From an uncultured Chloroflexia bacterium (GTDB lineage Bacteria; Chloroflexota; Limnocylindria; QHBO01): DNA of 64,000 nt. Below are positions 9,669 to 18,413 of this stretch, piece after piece. The notes under the pieces were generated by a model, which did no database searches, had not been told where the DNA came from, and worked only from the letters and a program-made list of their open reading frames with translations. The position numbers and the translations under genes are program-made. The first letter of the stretch is position 1, and every line of letters begins with the position of its first letter. The stretch is taken from contig CAVZPD010000028.1 of assembly GCA_963777045.1 (NCBI GenBank), positions 25,183-89,182 on the forward strand, written 5' to 3'.

Positions 9669-10253
9669 ATGCGCATGCCAGCGGGGCGCATCGAGGTTGT
9701 CACGGGGCCGATGTTCGCCGGCAAGACGGAGGAGCTGCTGCGCCGCGTGCGGCGAGCGGAGATTGCCGGGCAGCGCGTCGTGGTCCTGACGCATGCCATC
9801 GACGCGCGCAGTGGGGCGAACCGCGTCGCCTCGCACGCCGGGCAGGCCGCAAAGTCCATCGCCGTCGCATCCGCGACCGACATCGTGGATGCCGTGCCGG
9901 ACGGGACCGACCTCCTCGCGATCGACGAGGCGCACTTCTTCGGGTCGGAGCTGATCCCCGTCGTCGCATCGCTTGCCGGTCGCGGGTTGCACGTGCTGGT
10001 CGCCGGCCTGGACGTGACCTACGACGGGACGCCGTACGAGCCGATGCCGTCGCTGATGGCGCTCGCCGAGTCGGTGACGAAGCTGACCGCCATCTGCACC
10101 GTGTGCGGCGCCGATGCCGTCTTCCACGCCCGGGTTGAGCCGGCCACGGTACCGGCCACGCAGCCGGATCCCTCGCACGTTGGCGGAGCAGAGAAGTACC
10201 AGGCCCGCTGTCGCCGCCACTTCCGCATGTCACCCGCGGGGAGTGGCAGCTGA
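9669..10253 (+). CDS. tdk: thymidine kinase
   Basis: P-loop GPMFAGKTEELLRR, the IDEAHFF motif, and a C-terminal zinc motif CTVCG ... ARCRRH. Confidence 0.9.
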   Translation: MRMPAGRIEVVTGPMFAGKTEELLRRVRRAEIAGQRVVVLTHAIDARSGANRVASHAGQAAKSIAVASATDIVDAVPDGTDLLAIDEAHFFGSELIPVVASLAGRGLHVLVAGLDVTYDGTPYEPMPSLMALAESVTKLTAICTVCGADAVFHARVEPATVPATQPDPSHVGGAEKYQARCRRHFRMSPAGSGS

Positions 10254-10319
10254 CGTTCCGCCAAGGGCACACCGTGACGGCCGGCAGGAAGCCTGCAGCA
10301 CACCAGGCGGCGTGATGAC

Positions 10320-10704
10320 CTGCTCATCCTGATGGCGATTGACTCCGCCATCGATGGCTTCGTCATCGGCGTCGGACTGCTCCATGAAGAGACCCACGGC
10401 GTGCTGCTCGGCATCGCGCTCTCGGTGGAGGCATCCTTCCTGGCGCTCTCGTCGCGCTCGAGCTGGCCGACCGGCGGTCGCGTCCCGTGCTCATCGGCCT
10501 GGCGATTGCGGTCGGGTTGCCGCTGCCGGTCGCGCTGTCAGGGACGGGGCTGCTGCTGCTGGGCTGCCGGACATCCTGTTTGGCATGGTCCTGGCCTTCG
10601 CATCGGTCTCGCTGCTGTACCTCGTCACGAGGAACATTTGCTTGAGGCGCACGAAACGAGCGAGACACCGGTCACTGGCTCGCAGCCTCGCTGGCCAATC
10701 CTAG
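10320..10704 (+). pseudogene. ZIP family metal transporter remnant (C-terminal half, several frameshifts)
   Basis: ZIP-like pieces are split over three frames: LMAIDSAIDGFVIGVGLLHEETHGVLLGIALSVE, then ALELADRRSRPVLIGLAIAVGLPLPVALSGTGLLLLG, then LPDILFGMVLAFASVSLLYLVT, then EEHLLEAHE. The N-terminal half of the protein is absent. Confidence 0.55.
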
Positions 10705-13658
10705 GTCCGCGTCACGCCGTTGATCTCGTAGGCGAAGTCCACGGCCTCGCGGTAGGTCATGCCTTCGCCGATGGCCCGCGCCTCGGCGGCTGCCTCGGGG
10801 CCGAGGTGCTCCTCGGCCGCGTCGAATACTGCCTGCTCTTCGCTCTGAACCGGAGACAGGAGTCCAAGATCTCGAGACACTGACCGCCACGCGCTGAACA
10901 GGACCAGTGCATCTCGCCACTCGCCGATCGCCGACTGCACCTCGGCGAGTCCTTCAAGCGGCCAGAGGGCAAATTGCCGCCACCCGAGGGAGTCTGTGAT
11001 TTTCAGCGAGGACAGGAGCAAGGCACGACCCTCTTCGACAGCGCCAGTCCCGATGAGCGAGGCTCCGAGATTGTTCTCAAACTGAGCGACAAACTCCGGC
11101 CCAGCGACCTGGCGAACGGTGTCGAGCGCGGCCTGGCATGTATTAGTCATCCGCGCGAATTCGAGATGCCGCCCGTGCTCGTGGTACAGGTCGACGAGCC
11201 CAATGAGGGCAACGAGTCGGGCGAGGATCATGTTGCGAGCCTCCGCTTCACGCAGCAGGGCCTCGACGCGCTCAATGGCGTCCGGTGCGGTGTCGTCGAT
11301 CCATGTGGTCCAGACCTGCAGCAGCAGACTGCCCGCGCGGCGTGCCTCCTCTTGACCCTGGCGCTTTGCGCTCGTCGCGCGCGGTGCGTCGCCTGCCTCT
11401 CCCGCCATGAACGCTTCCCAGAGGTGGGCGCGCGCCTGGACGAGCGCATCACTGCCGCGCTCGGCGAGTGCCAGCGCACGGTCCAGCATCTCGAATGCGA
11501 CCTCCAGCTCTCCTCGGTGAAAGGCGGGGCGGGCGACGAGGATCAGGGCCTCGCACGTCGCCCGCTCGCCGAGGGCGCCGGCGGCCAGCAGTTCGTCGGC
11601 GATGCGGGCGGTCTCGGCCGCCTGGCTGGTCCAGATCCCGTACTCCTTTAGGTGCGCCATGACGTCGATGCACGCATCGGGCGCGGTGCTGGCCATGGTG
11701 TGCAGGGCGGCCACCACGTCGGGGTGCTGGTGCCGCAGCTCGACGACGTCGGCGACGCTGCGTGAGCCGTTGGCACGCGGGCAGAGGCGTTCGACCTCGG
11801 CCATCATGAACGCCGCGTGGCGCCGCACGATGCCGGCCCATGCGGGATCGGGGGTGCGTGCCCTGCCGACCGCGCGCAGCGGCTCCAGCATCCGGAACTG
11901 GGCCTGCCGGCCGACCGACGGCCGGCGGCTGACGAGGGAGGCATCCAGCAGCGCGCCGAGCAGGCCGATGGCCTGCGCGCGGTCCGTCTCCAGCACCGCC
12001 GCCGCGCCGCGCAGGCTGAACGAGCCGGCGAAGACGCTGAGCTGCTCGAAGGCACGCCGCTCCAGCGGCGACAGGCGATCGAGGCTCCAGCCGATGGCGG
12101 CCTGCATGGTGCGCTGCCGGTCGGGCACGTCGCGGGACGGCGCCGCGAGCCGGGGGAGCCGCTCCGCCAGGTGCGTCTCGAGCTCGCCGACGGCCTCCAC
12201 CGCCGTCTGGGCGGCGACCAGCTCGATGGCCAGCGGCAGCCCGTCGAGGGCCCGGCACATGGCTGCCACCCCGGGCAGCTCGTCGGGCTCGATGACGGCG
12301 CCGGCATTGGCGGCCGCGCGCAGGAAGAGGGCGACGGTCGGCTCGGCGGCCAGGTCGCGCTGGTCGGCATCCGGCACCGCCAGCGGCGGCACCGCGACCC
12401 GCGCCTCGGCGCGCAGCCCGAGCGGGGTGCGGCTGGTGGCCACGATCAACCCGGAGGTCGCCTCGATCAGGGGTGCCAGCTCCGGCACCGCGCCCAGCAC
12501 GTGCTCGCAGTTGTCGAGCACGACCAGCGTGCGCCGTTCGGCCAGGATGGCGGCCAGCTCGGCGGCGAGGTTGCCGGACTCGGGGGCGAGGCCCATGCCG
12601 GCGGCCGTGGCCGGCAGCACCTGCTCGGGCCTGGAGACCGCGGCCAGGTCGACGAAGAAGGCGCCATCCGCATAGCGCGGGGCGAGGCGGTGGGCGAGGG
12701 CGATCGCCAGTGACGTCTTGCCCGAGCCGCCGGCACCGGTCAGGGTCATCAGCCGCTCGCCGCTGGCCAGGTCCTCGAGCTCGGCCAGCAGCGGCTCACG
12801 ACCGAACAGGGCCGGCGCCGGGGGCAGGCGCGGGACCGGTCGCGGCCGGGCGGCGGGCCGGGTGGCAGGCTGGCTGGTCGGCGTGGTCGTGGCCGCCAGC
12901 TCGGGGTCCTGGGCCAGGATCCGCTGCTGGAGGGCCTGCAGCTCGGGACCGGGTTCCACCCCGAGGTCGAGCACCAGCCGGCTGCGGGCGGCGGTGTAGG
13001 CGTCCAGGGCGGCGGCCTGCTGACCGGACCGGTAGAGGGCGGTCATGAGCTGGCCGTGCAGCCGCTCGCGGTAGGGGTGCTCGGCGATGAGCGCCTGCAG
13101 CGGGGGCACCACGGATTGCGCCTCGCCGAGCGCCAGGCGGGCGGCGATGGCCTGCTCGGCGGCGTCGACCCGCAGCTCCTCGAACCTGTCGGCGGCGTGG
13201 GCCGCGAAGGGGAAGTCGCGCAGGTCCATCAGCGCCGGGCCACGCCACCGGCCGAGCGCGGCGTCCAGCTGGGCGAGGGCGGCCCGAGTCTGGCCGGCGC
13301 CCAGCAGCCGCCGGCCGTCGGCCACGCCACGCTCGAAGGCGGCGGCGTCGACCGTCAGCCGGTCGCCATCGAGGCGGTAGCCGCCGGGCACGCTCTGCAG
13401 CGGCTGTCGCTTGTCCGTGCGCAGCACGCTGCGCAGGCGCGCCACGTGGACCTGCATGGCCTTGGCCGCACCGGCCGGCTCATCGGCCTCGCCCCACACG
13501 CCGTCGGACAGGGCCGCGGCGCTGACCGGCTGGTCGGCGCGCAGGGCGAGCATGGCCAGCACCGCGCGCTGGGTCGGGCCGCCGGCCGCGACCGCCGCCC
13601 CGTCCCGCCACAGCTCGACCGGTCCCAGCAGCCGAATCGCGAGCTTCGCGCCTGCCAT
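10701..13658 (-). CDS. SARP/AfsR-type regulator (OmpR-like wHTH + BTAD + P-loop NB-ARC-type NTPase + TPR-like C-terminus)
   Basis: I chose the ATG at 13658 (MAGAKLAIRLLGPVELWRDG...). It is preceded by AGGAGG and marks the start of the wHTH/BTAD region. Walker A is LTGAGGSGKTSLA. The C-terminus is a long helical repeat region. The 193 codons upstream in the track ORF are Arg/Gly-rich and look non-coding. Confidence 0.85.
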   Translation of the reverse strand: MAGAKLAIRLLGPVELWRDGAAVAAGGPTQRAVLAMLALRADQPVSAAALSDGVWGEADEPAGAAKAMQVHVARLRSVLRTDKRQPLQSVPGGYRLDGDRLTVDAAAFERGVADGRRLLGAGQTRAALAQLDAALGRWRGPALMDLRDFPFAAHAADRFEELRVDAAEQAIAARLALGEAQSVVPPLQALIAEHPYRERLHGQLMTALYRSGQQAAALDAYTAARSRLVLDLGVEPGPELQALQQRILAQDPELAATTTPTSQPATRPAARPRPVPRLPPAPALFGREPLLAELEDLASGERLMTLTGAGGSGKTSLAIALAHRLAPRYADGAFFVDLAAVSRPEQVLPATAAGMGLAPESGNLAAELAAILAERRTLVVLDNCEHVLGAVPELAPLIEATSGLIVATSRTPLGLRAEARVAVPPLAVPDADQRDLAAEPTVALFLRAAANAGAVIEPDELPGVAAMCRALDGLPLAIELVAAQTAVEAVGELETHLAERLPRLAAPSRDVPDRQRTMQAAIGWSLDRLSPLERRAFEQLSVFAGSFSLRGAAAVLETDRAQAIGLLGALLDASLVSRRPSVGRQAQFRMLEPLRAVGRARTPDPAWAGIVRRHAAFMMAEVERLCPRANGSRSVADVVELRHQHPDVVAALHTMASTAPDACIDVMAHLKEYGIWTSQAAETARIADELLAAGALGERATCEALILVARPAFHRGELEVAFEMLDRALALAERGSDALVQARAHLWEAFMAGEAGDAPRATSAKRQGQEEARRAGSLLLQVWTTWIDDTAPDAIERVEALLREAEARNMILARLVALIGLVDLYHEHGRHLEFARMTNTCQAALDTVRQVAGPEFVAQFENNLGASLIGTGAVEEGRALLLSSLKITDSLGWRQFALWPLEGLAEVQSAIGEWRDALVLFSAWRSVSRDLGLLSPVQSEEQAVFDAAEEHLGPEAAAEARAIGEGMTYREAVDFAYEINGVTRT

Positions 13659-13721
13659 CGCTCGTGCCCCTCCTGGCCGCGAGTGTGGACCGCGCCGCGG
13701 TCGGAGGGCAAGCCCGTGCCG

Positions 13722-13754
13722 GTAGCCGGGCTGTAGCCGGGCTGTAACGGTGGT
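13722..13754. repeat. tandem 11-bp direct repeat GTAGCCGGGCT x2 plus a degenerate third copy
   Basis: Copies at 13722-13732 and 13733-13743 are identical. 13744-13754 (GTAACGGTGGT) keeps the GTA start. The repeat lies in the divergent intergenic region next to the SARP gene. Confidence 0.7.
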
Positions 13755-13775
13755 CGCCCATGGTGAGCGCGGATC

Positions 13776-13802
13776 GAACGCACGGAACGCACCGAACGCA
13801 GG
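13776..13802. repeat. tandem 9-bp direct repeat GAACGCA(NN) x3
   Basis: GAACGCACG, GAACGCACC and GAACGCAGG sit back to back, about 50 nt upstream of the 13851 ORF. Confidence 0.7.
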
Positions 13803-13850
13803 GCCGGGGCCGTTCGACCGACCGGCAGCCCAAGGCAGGAGGAACCACCC

Positions 13851-14219
13851 ATGGCCACCACGATCGGACGCCGCCTCACCCAGCAGACCAGCCACCGCGC
13901 GCCAGCCCTGGCCACCGCCGCGACCGCGGTGGTCCTGGCCTGTGCCGTCGGACTGGCGATCTTCATCAGCCAGGCACCGGCCACGTCTCCCGGCCCGGGG
14001 GCGCGGGCCGTCAGCCAGGTCCACGCCACGGGGCGCGGCTTCCAGCCCGGCACCGGCAGCTACACCACCTCGCTGCTGACCCGCACCTCGCAGGCGAGCG
14101 GCTATGCCGCTGGCAGGGGCGGCCTGATGGAGCAAGCCGACCTCGAACTGCCGGCGGCCGCGGTCCCGGTAGTCAGCCAGCCCCATGGTGGCGTCCTCGA
14201 GTCGGCTCTCGTGCGGTGA
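13851..14219 (+). CDS. hypothetical membrane-anchored protein
   Basis: The ATG is preceded by GGCAGGAGGAACCACCC (strong SD). One TM helix is present (AATAVVLACAVGLAIFI). A stem-loop follows the stop codon. No family is recognised. Confidence 0.5.
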   Translation: MATTIGRRLTQQTSHRAPALATAATAVVLACAVGLAIFISQAPATSPGPGARAVSQVHATGRGFQPGTGSYTTSLLTRTSQASGYAAGRGGLMEQADLELPAAAVPVVSQPHGGVLESALVR

Positions 14220-14253
14220 GTCAATCGTAGCGTGCAAGTGCCGCGAGTTAACC

Positions 14254-14285
14254 TGAGCCGGTCGCCGACACGGAGGACCGGCTCA
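14254..14285 (+). terminator. stem-loop after the 13851 ORF
   Basis: TGAGCCGGTC, a 12-nt loop, then GACCGGCTCA gives a perfect 10-bp stem. There is no U-tract. Confidence 0.4.
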
Positions 14286-14372
14286 GCGTATCGGCCCGAG
14301 AGATAATCCCTTCTTGGGGGCGGCTGTGGCGTCGATGCCGCCAGCGGACCACGTTCCCCACGAGGAGGTCCC

Positions 14373-14918
14373 ATGTCGTTCTTCAGCCGTCCCCTCACCA
14401 TTGCCGCCACCGTGGCGTCGGCGGCTCGACCGGCCCCCGGCCGCTGGATCGACCAGCGCGCCCAGCGCTTTGGAGCCGTGACCTCCGGCATCACCCTGCT
14501 GGCTGCCGTGGCGCTGGATAGGTTGCCGCTGGCCGCGGTCGTTTGCCTCTTCCTTGTCGTCTCGGCCACCTACGGCACGCGCTGGTTCATCTTCAGTCGT
14601 CCCTGGCCCGCCATCCGCTGGGCGCTGCGGCAGACCGCATCCGAGCTGGAGCACGAGATACCTAGGCGATTTGCCCACGCGGTGGCTGCCGTGTTCGTGG
14701 CGGGCGGCATCGGCCTGCTGCTCGCGGGCATCCGCCCCTGGGGCTGGCTGCCGGTCCTGGCGGTGGTCGCCCTGCAATTCGTCCTGGCCGCGACTGGCTT
14801 CTGCCTCGGCTGCCGCATCTTCTTCCTGCGCTGGTACGTGCCGGCCCTCTTCGCTCGGCTCGTGGGCCGCGGCGTGCGCCGCGAGGCGCTGGTATACGCG
14901 GAGATGCACCGCAACTAG
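14373..14918 (+). CDS. DUF4395 family membrane protein
   Basis: SD GAGGAGG precedes the start. The layout is IDQRAQRFGA ... RFAHAVAAVF ... ATGFCLGCRIFFL, which matches my recollection of DUF4395 proteins. Confidence 0.7.
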   Translation: MSFFSRPLTIAATVASAARPAPGRWIDQRAQRFGAVTSGITLLAAVALDRLPLAAVVCLFLVVSATYGTRWFIFSRPWPAIRWALRQTASELEHEIPRRFAHAVAAVFVAGGIGLLLAGIRPWGWLPVLAVVALQFVLAATGFCLGCRIFFLRWYVPALFARLVGRGVRREALVYAEMHRN

Positions 14919-15133
14919 CGTTTCTGCGCCGGCGGGCTGGAACCTGATCCGCGCGGACAGCGCCGGCCCGCTCCTCATGAATCGGTGGAGGCTCTGCCAA
15001 CGATCTAGGGTCCGCCCGGATGCGATGCACACGCGCGTGGAGGACGGTGGGCGTGAGCGATGGACTGCCCGCGCCGGGTGTGCCCGGCCGACATCGGTCC
15101 CGCTCGGGATCACACAGGCAGGAGGATCGAGCC

Positions 15134-15766
15134 ATGGCCCCTTCAACTCTCACGCGCTTCGCCGCGCCAATCGCCTTCACTGCGGCTGCCCTGGTGATCC
15201 TGACGCGTATCGTGAGCCTCCTCAATGTCCCGGCCGATGGCGATGCCCTGAAGATCTATGTCGTGGGAACGACCCACGCCGCCAACAGCGTCGCGTCGAT
15301 CATCGCGTTCGCCGCGCTGATTCTGGCGCTCGTCGCCCTGGACGGCCGGCGGGATCGAGAGACGGGCATTCTGGGCGCCGTCGGGGTCGGTGCGGCAGTC
15401 ATCGGCACGGTCTTCATGGCCGGCGACTGGTGGTACGAGGCGTTCTCCGTTCCCTGGATGGCAGACATTGCCCCTTCGGTATTCGAGACCGGGGCTGCCG
15501 GCCGGCTGCTCGTTGGAGGCCTGGCGAGCTTTGCGCTGTTCGCCGTCGGCTGGGCTCTCTACGCCATCGCCAGCCTCCGGGCGCGCACGTTCCCGCCCGC
15601 GATCGCGGCGACCATCCTCGTCGGCGGCATCGCCTCGGGACTCCCGTTCGGCGCCGCCTACCTGTACGGCAACATCGTGCTCGGTCTGGGCATCGGATGG
15701 CTGGGCCTGTGGGCCATGCGCACGCGGTCGGTCACCGTCGCCGCCGAGGCGGCGCTCCCCGCGTAG
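15134..15766 (+). CDS. hypothetical polytopic membrane protein
   Basis: The ATG at 15134 is preceded by GCAGGAGGA. About six hydrophobic helices are predicted. No family is assigned. Confidence 0.65.
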   Translation: MAPSTLTRFAAPIAFTAAALVILTRIVSLLNVPADGDALKIYVVGTTHAANSVASIIAFAALILALVALDGRRDRETGILGAVGVGAAVIGTVFMAGDWWYEAFSVPWMADIAPSVFETGAAGRLLVGGLASFALFAVGWALYAIASLRARTFPPAIAATILVGGIASGLPFGAAYLYGNIVLGLGIGWLGLWAMRTRSVTVAAEAALPA

Positions 15767-15847
15767 ACCTGCTGCGGACTCGGAGTATCCCGACGGACCA
15801 GGTCCCGCAGTCACCGATACTGGTGCGACGTCCCAGGAGTACCGATC

Positions 15848-16003
15848 ATGCGGGATCTGCTGCGCAACATTCATCGGAGGATGAGCGATCCGACCAGGTC
15901 CATGTCGTCCGCGATGTTCGCGTGGGCGGTGATCATCATGGCGGTGCTCATCGCGGCCCTGGTGGCGATCCTGGTGTTTGGAGGGGGTGCCGCGAACCCC
16001 TGA
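15848..16003 (+). CDS. putative 51-aa single-TM micro-protein
   Basis: Not in the track because it is shorter than 60 aa. AGGAG lies about 8 nt upstream of the ATG. The peptide reads MRDLLRNIHRRMSDPTRSMSSAMFAWAVIIMAVLIAALVAILVFGGGAANP. Confidence 0.35.
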   Translation: MRDLLRNIHRRMSDPTRSMSSAMFAWAVIIMAVLIAALVAILVFGGGAANP

Positions 16004-16018
16004 CACCGCTCGCGGCAG

Positions 16019-16681
16019 CTAGACCTGTTCCATTCGGACAATGGGTCCTTCCAGCCTCACGCCGGTGGCGTGCACCGGGCAGTAGCCGGCGGGATTCTTG
16101 TCCAGGTACTGCTGGTGGTAATCCTCCGCGAAGAAGAACTCGGGAGCGGGCCGGATCTCGGTGGTGATCTCGCCGTAGCCGGCCTTCGACAGCTCCGCCT
16201 GGTACATCTCGCGTGACGCCTCGGCGACAGCCTGCTGGGCGTCGGAGTGGGTGTAGATGGCGGAGCGGTACTGGGTGCCGACGTCGTTGCCCTGGCGGAA
16301 GCCCTGCGTCGGATCGTGGTCCTCCCAGAACGCCTTCAGCAGCTGCTCGTAGCTGATCAGCTTCGGGTCGTAGACGACGCGCACGGTCTCGGCGTGGCCG
16401 GTCTGCCCCGAGCAGGCCTCCTTGTAGGTCGGATTCGGAGTCGTGCCGCCCTGGTAGCCAACCGCGGTGACGATCACGCCGGGCAGCTCCCAGAACAGCT
16501 TCTCGGCGCCCCAGAAGCAGCCCAGCGCGAAGTCGGCGACTTCGCTGCCCTCGGGATAGGGGCCCTTCAGCGGCTGGCCGTTGACGGCGTGGGTGGTCGC
16601 GGTCGGCATCGGCTCGGCCCGACCCGGCAGGGTCTCATCGGCGTCGGGCATGCGTGACGCGAAGAAGTGTCGGAAGAACAT
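16019..16681 (-). CDS. msrA: peptide-methionine (S)-S-oxide reductase
   Basis: [10 protein letters not shown] active-site motif, then [24 protein letters not shown]. Confidence 0.92.
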   Translation of the reverse strand: MFFRHFFASRMPDADETLPGRAEPMPTATTHAVNGQPLKGPYPEGSEVADFALGCFWGAEKLFWELPGVIVTAVGYQGGTTPNPTYKEACSGQTGHAETVRVVYDPKLISYEQLLKAFWEDHDPTQGFRQGNDVGTQYRSAIYTHSDAQQAVAEASREMYQAELSKAGYGEITTEIRPAPEFFFAEDYHQQYLDKNPAGYCPVHATGVRLEGPIVRMEQV

Positions 16682-16745
16682 GTCCGCAGTCTACGGTCCA
16701 TCCGTGACGTACGCATGAAGGACCGATGAACCCACCGGCCGGCCC

Positions 16746-17171
16746 TCAGCTTCGGATGCGGGCCGGATCCTCGTCGGGCAGGAGCGTCCGCAGGAGGTCG
16801 GTGGCGGTGATCACGCCGATCGGCTCGTCCTCTTCGTCCACCACCACGAGACGGTGGATGTGCTGCTCGAGCATGAGGCGCGCCGCCCGTTCCACGCTGG
16901 TGTTGAGGTGCACCGTCACCGCCGGTCGCGTCATCAGGTGCCGGACCCGCACCCGTCCCCAGTTCGCCCCGATGAGCTCGCTCGAGCGCGCGTTCAACAG
17001 GTCGGTCTGGCTGAGCACGCCCGACAGGACTCCCTCCTGGACTACCGGCAGGCCGCTGATCCGGTAGCTCTTCAGCAGGAGCTCTGCCTCGGTGATCGGC
17101 GCCTCGGCATCGATGACGATAGGGTCGATGCTCATCAGGTTCCCCACGCGAACCACGCTGCTGCTGGTCAT
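16746..17171 (-). CDS. CBS domain pair protein
   Basis: 141 aa with two CBS repeats: GNLMSIDPIVIDAEAPITEAE ... GLPVV, and MTRPAVTVHLNTSVERAARLM ... RLVVVD. Confidence 0.85.
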   Translation of the reverse strand: MTSSSVVRVGNLMSIDPIVIDAEAPITEAELLLKSYRISGLPVVQEGVLSGVLSQTDLLNARSSELIGANWGRVRVRHLMTRPAVTVHLNTSVERAARLMLEQHIHRLVVVDEEDEPIGVITATDLLRTLLPDEDPARIRS

Positions 17172-17306
17172 CTGCCGTCACCTCGAACTGCGGCGGGGCC
17201 GTCCACGCCCCGGTCGTGATCGTCAGCGTGCGCCGCAGGGCCGCCCGATGCAAGGCCACTCGGCACATTCGGCCAGGCCCGCCGTCATCTTTGGAGCGGA
17301 CAGCAG

Positions 17307-17383
17307 AACGCGGCCGGGACGGGGCAGGCTCCGCCCGGCCGCGTTTGACCGATCCGCCGAGAGCTCCCATCCCGGCGGATCGG
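17307..17383 (-). terminator. two consecutive stem-loops downstream of the DoxX-like gene
   Basis: First stem-loop, 17349-17383: CCGATCCGCC, loop, GGCGGATCGG (10 bp). Second, 17307-17345: AACGCGGCCGGG, loop, CCCGGCCGCGTT (12 bp). Neither has a clear U-tract. Confidence 0.45.
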
Positions 17384-17387
17384 GTGT

Positions 17388-18167
17388 TCAGGTCGTGCTC
17401 TCGCTCCCCGACATGCGGGCGCGTACGGGAGCACGCCACGGAGTGCCGAGCATCGGCAGCAGGTAGCGGTCGAGACCGTAGTAGCCGGCGACGCGCCAGG
17501 CCAGGATCAGGCCGATGGCCGCGGTGAAGAGCACGGGGTTGCTGGAGGCCGATCCGGCCAGCAGGAAGGACATGTTCATCAGCGCGCCGAAGAACGCGGC
17601 AATGCCGGTCAGCGCTCCGAGGATCAGGCCGATGCCGACGGCGATCTCGCCGAAGGTGATGACCCAGGCGAACCAGGTCTCATGGTTGCCGTTCAGGAGG
17701 AACTGGACGAAGTCGCGGTACCAGTCGTAGGTGATCGGCGGGCTGCCCTGCTCGGGGATCGAGACCGCTCGCTCCCAGTAGCCCGCCAGCGAGGCGCCGC
17801 CGTCGAGCCAGCCGCTGCCGGTGGCCTTGTGGAAGCCGGCCTCGAACCAGCTGAAGCCCAGGAAGATGCGGATCGGGAGCCAGAAGAGCCCTGCCCGCGT
17901 GTTGGAGAAGAGGTAGCGGGCGAAGTTCGGGCCCACGACCTCGACCGTGTCGGCCTCGGGTTCGTTGCGATCCGCGAAGAGGAGCACCACCACCACGATG
18001 GCCAGGATCCAGAAGACCCAGGTCAGGACGCTGTTGAGGGTGCCCTCCGGTCGATAGATCGGGAGCCACTCCCAGCCCTCGGCCCCCGCCTCGGGGAGCT
18101 GGAGCCAGATGAGGATGACGGCTGCGATGGCCGCGATCCAGGTCGCGTAGCCTCTCAGGCTTGTCAC
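17388..18167 (-). CDS. DoxX/DoxD-like membrane protein
   Basis: I chose the GTG at 18167, which is preceded by GGAAAGGAGGAG. The core reads LPIRIFLGFSWFEAGFHK ... FGEIAVGIGLILGALTGIAAFFGALMNMSFLLAG, as in the DoxX family. Confidence 0.75.
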   Translation of the reverse strand: MTSLRGYATWIAAIAAVILIWLQLPEAGAEGWEWLPIYRPEGTLNSVLTWVFWILAIVVVVLLFADRNEPEADTVEVVGPNFARYLFSNTRAGLFWLPIRIFLGFSWFEAGFHKATGSGWLDGGASLAGYWERAVSIPEQGSPPITYDWYRDFVQFLLNGNHETWFAWVITFGEIAVGIGLILGALTGIAAFFGALMNMSFLLAGSASSNPVLFTAAIGLILAWRVAGYYGLDRYLLPMLGTPWRAPVRARMSGSESTT

Positions 18168-18413
18168 GAAGTCTCCTCCTTTCCGGAAGCCCGTTGGCAT
18201 CCGACGCCTACTGCCTGCCCCCAGTAACCTGCCTGGCGCGCCGGAAGTGATCCGACGGCCTGCCGTTGCAGCTCGAATGATGGGCGAGGGACTGCCTCCC
18301 GCAGTCGGGCCAACCGTCACCAATGCTACAGGCCAGGTGTACCCCAATCGCCACTGCCTCACCGCAACCTCGGCTGGAGCGCGGGCCGTGACGAGTCCCT
18401 AGCATCTAGCGCC

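Noticed and set aside
10701-13658. Large P-loop/TPR protein considered as an antiviral STAND (Avs/NLR-like) defence gene
   Set aside because: The N-terminus is a clear OmpR-type winged helix plus BTAD domain, the signature of SARP/AfsR transcriptional regulators. No nuclease or other effector domain is present.
13659-14237. 193-codon N-terminal extension of the SARP ORF in the track
   Set aside because: The extension is Arg/Gly-rich with no domain. The ATG at 13658 has an AGGAGG SD and coincides with the start of the wHTH/BTAD region. The extension would also swallow the divergent promoter repeats and the 13851 ORF.
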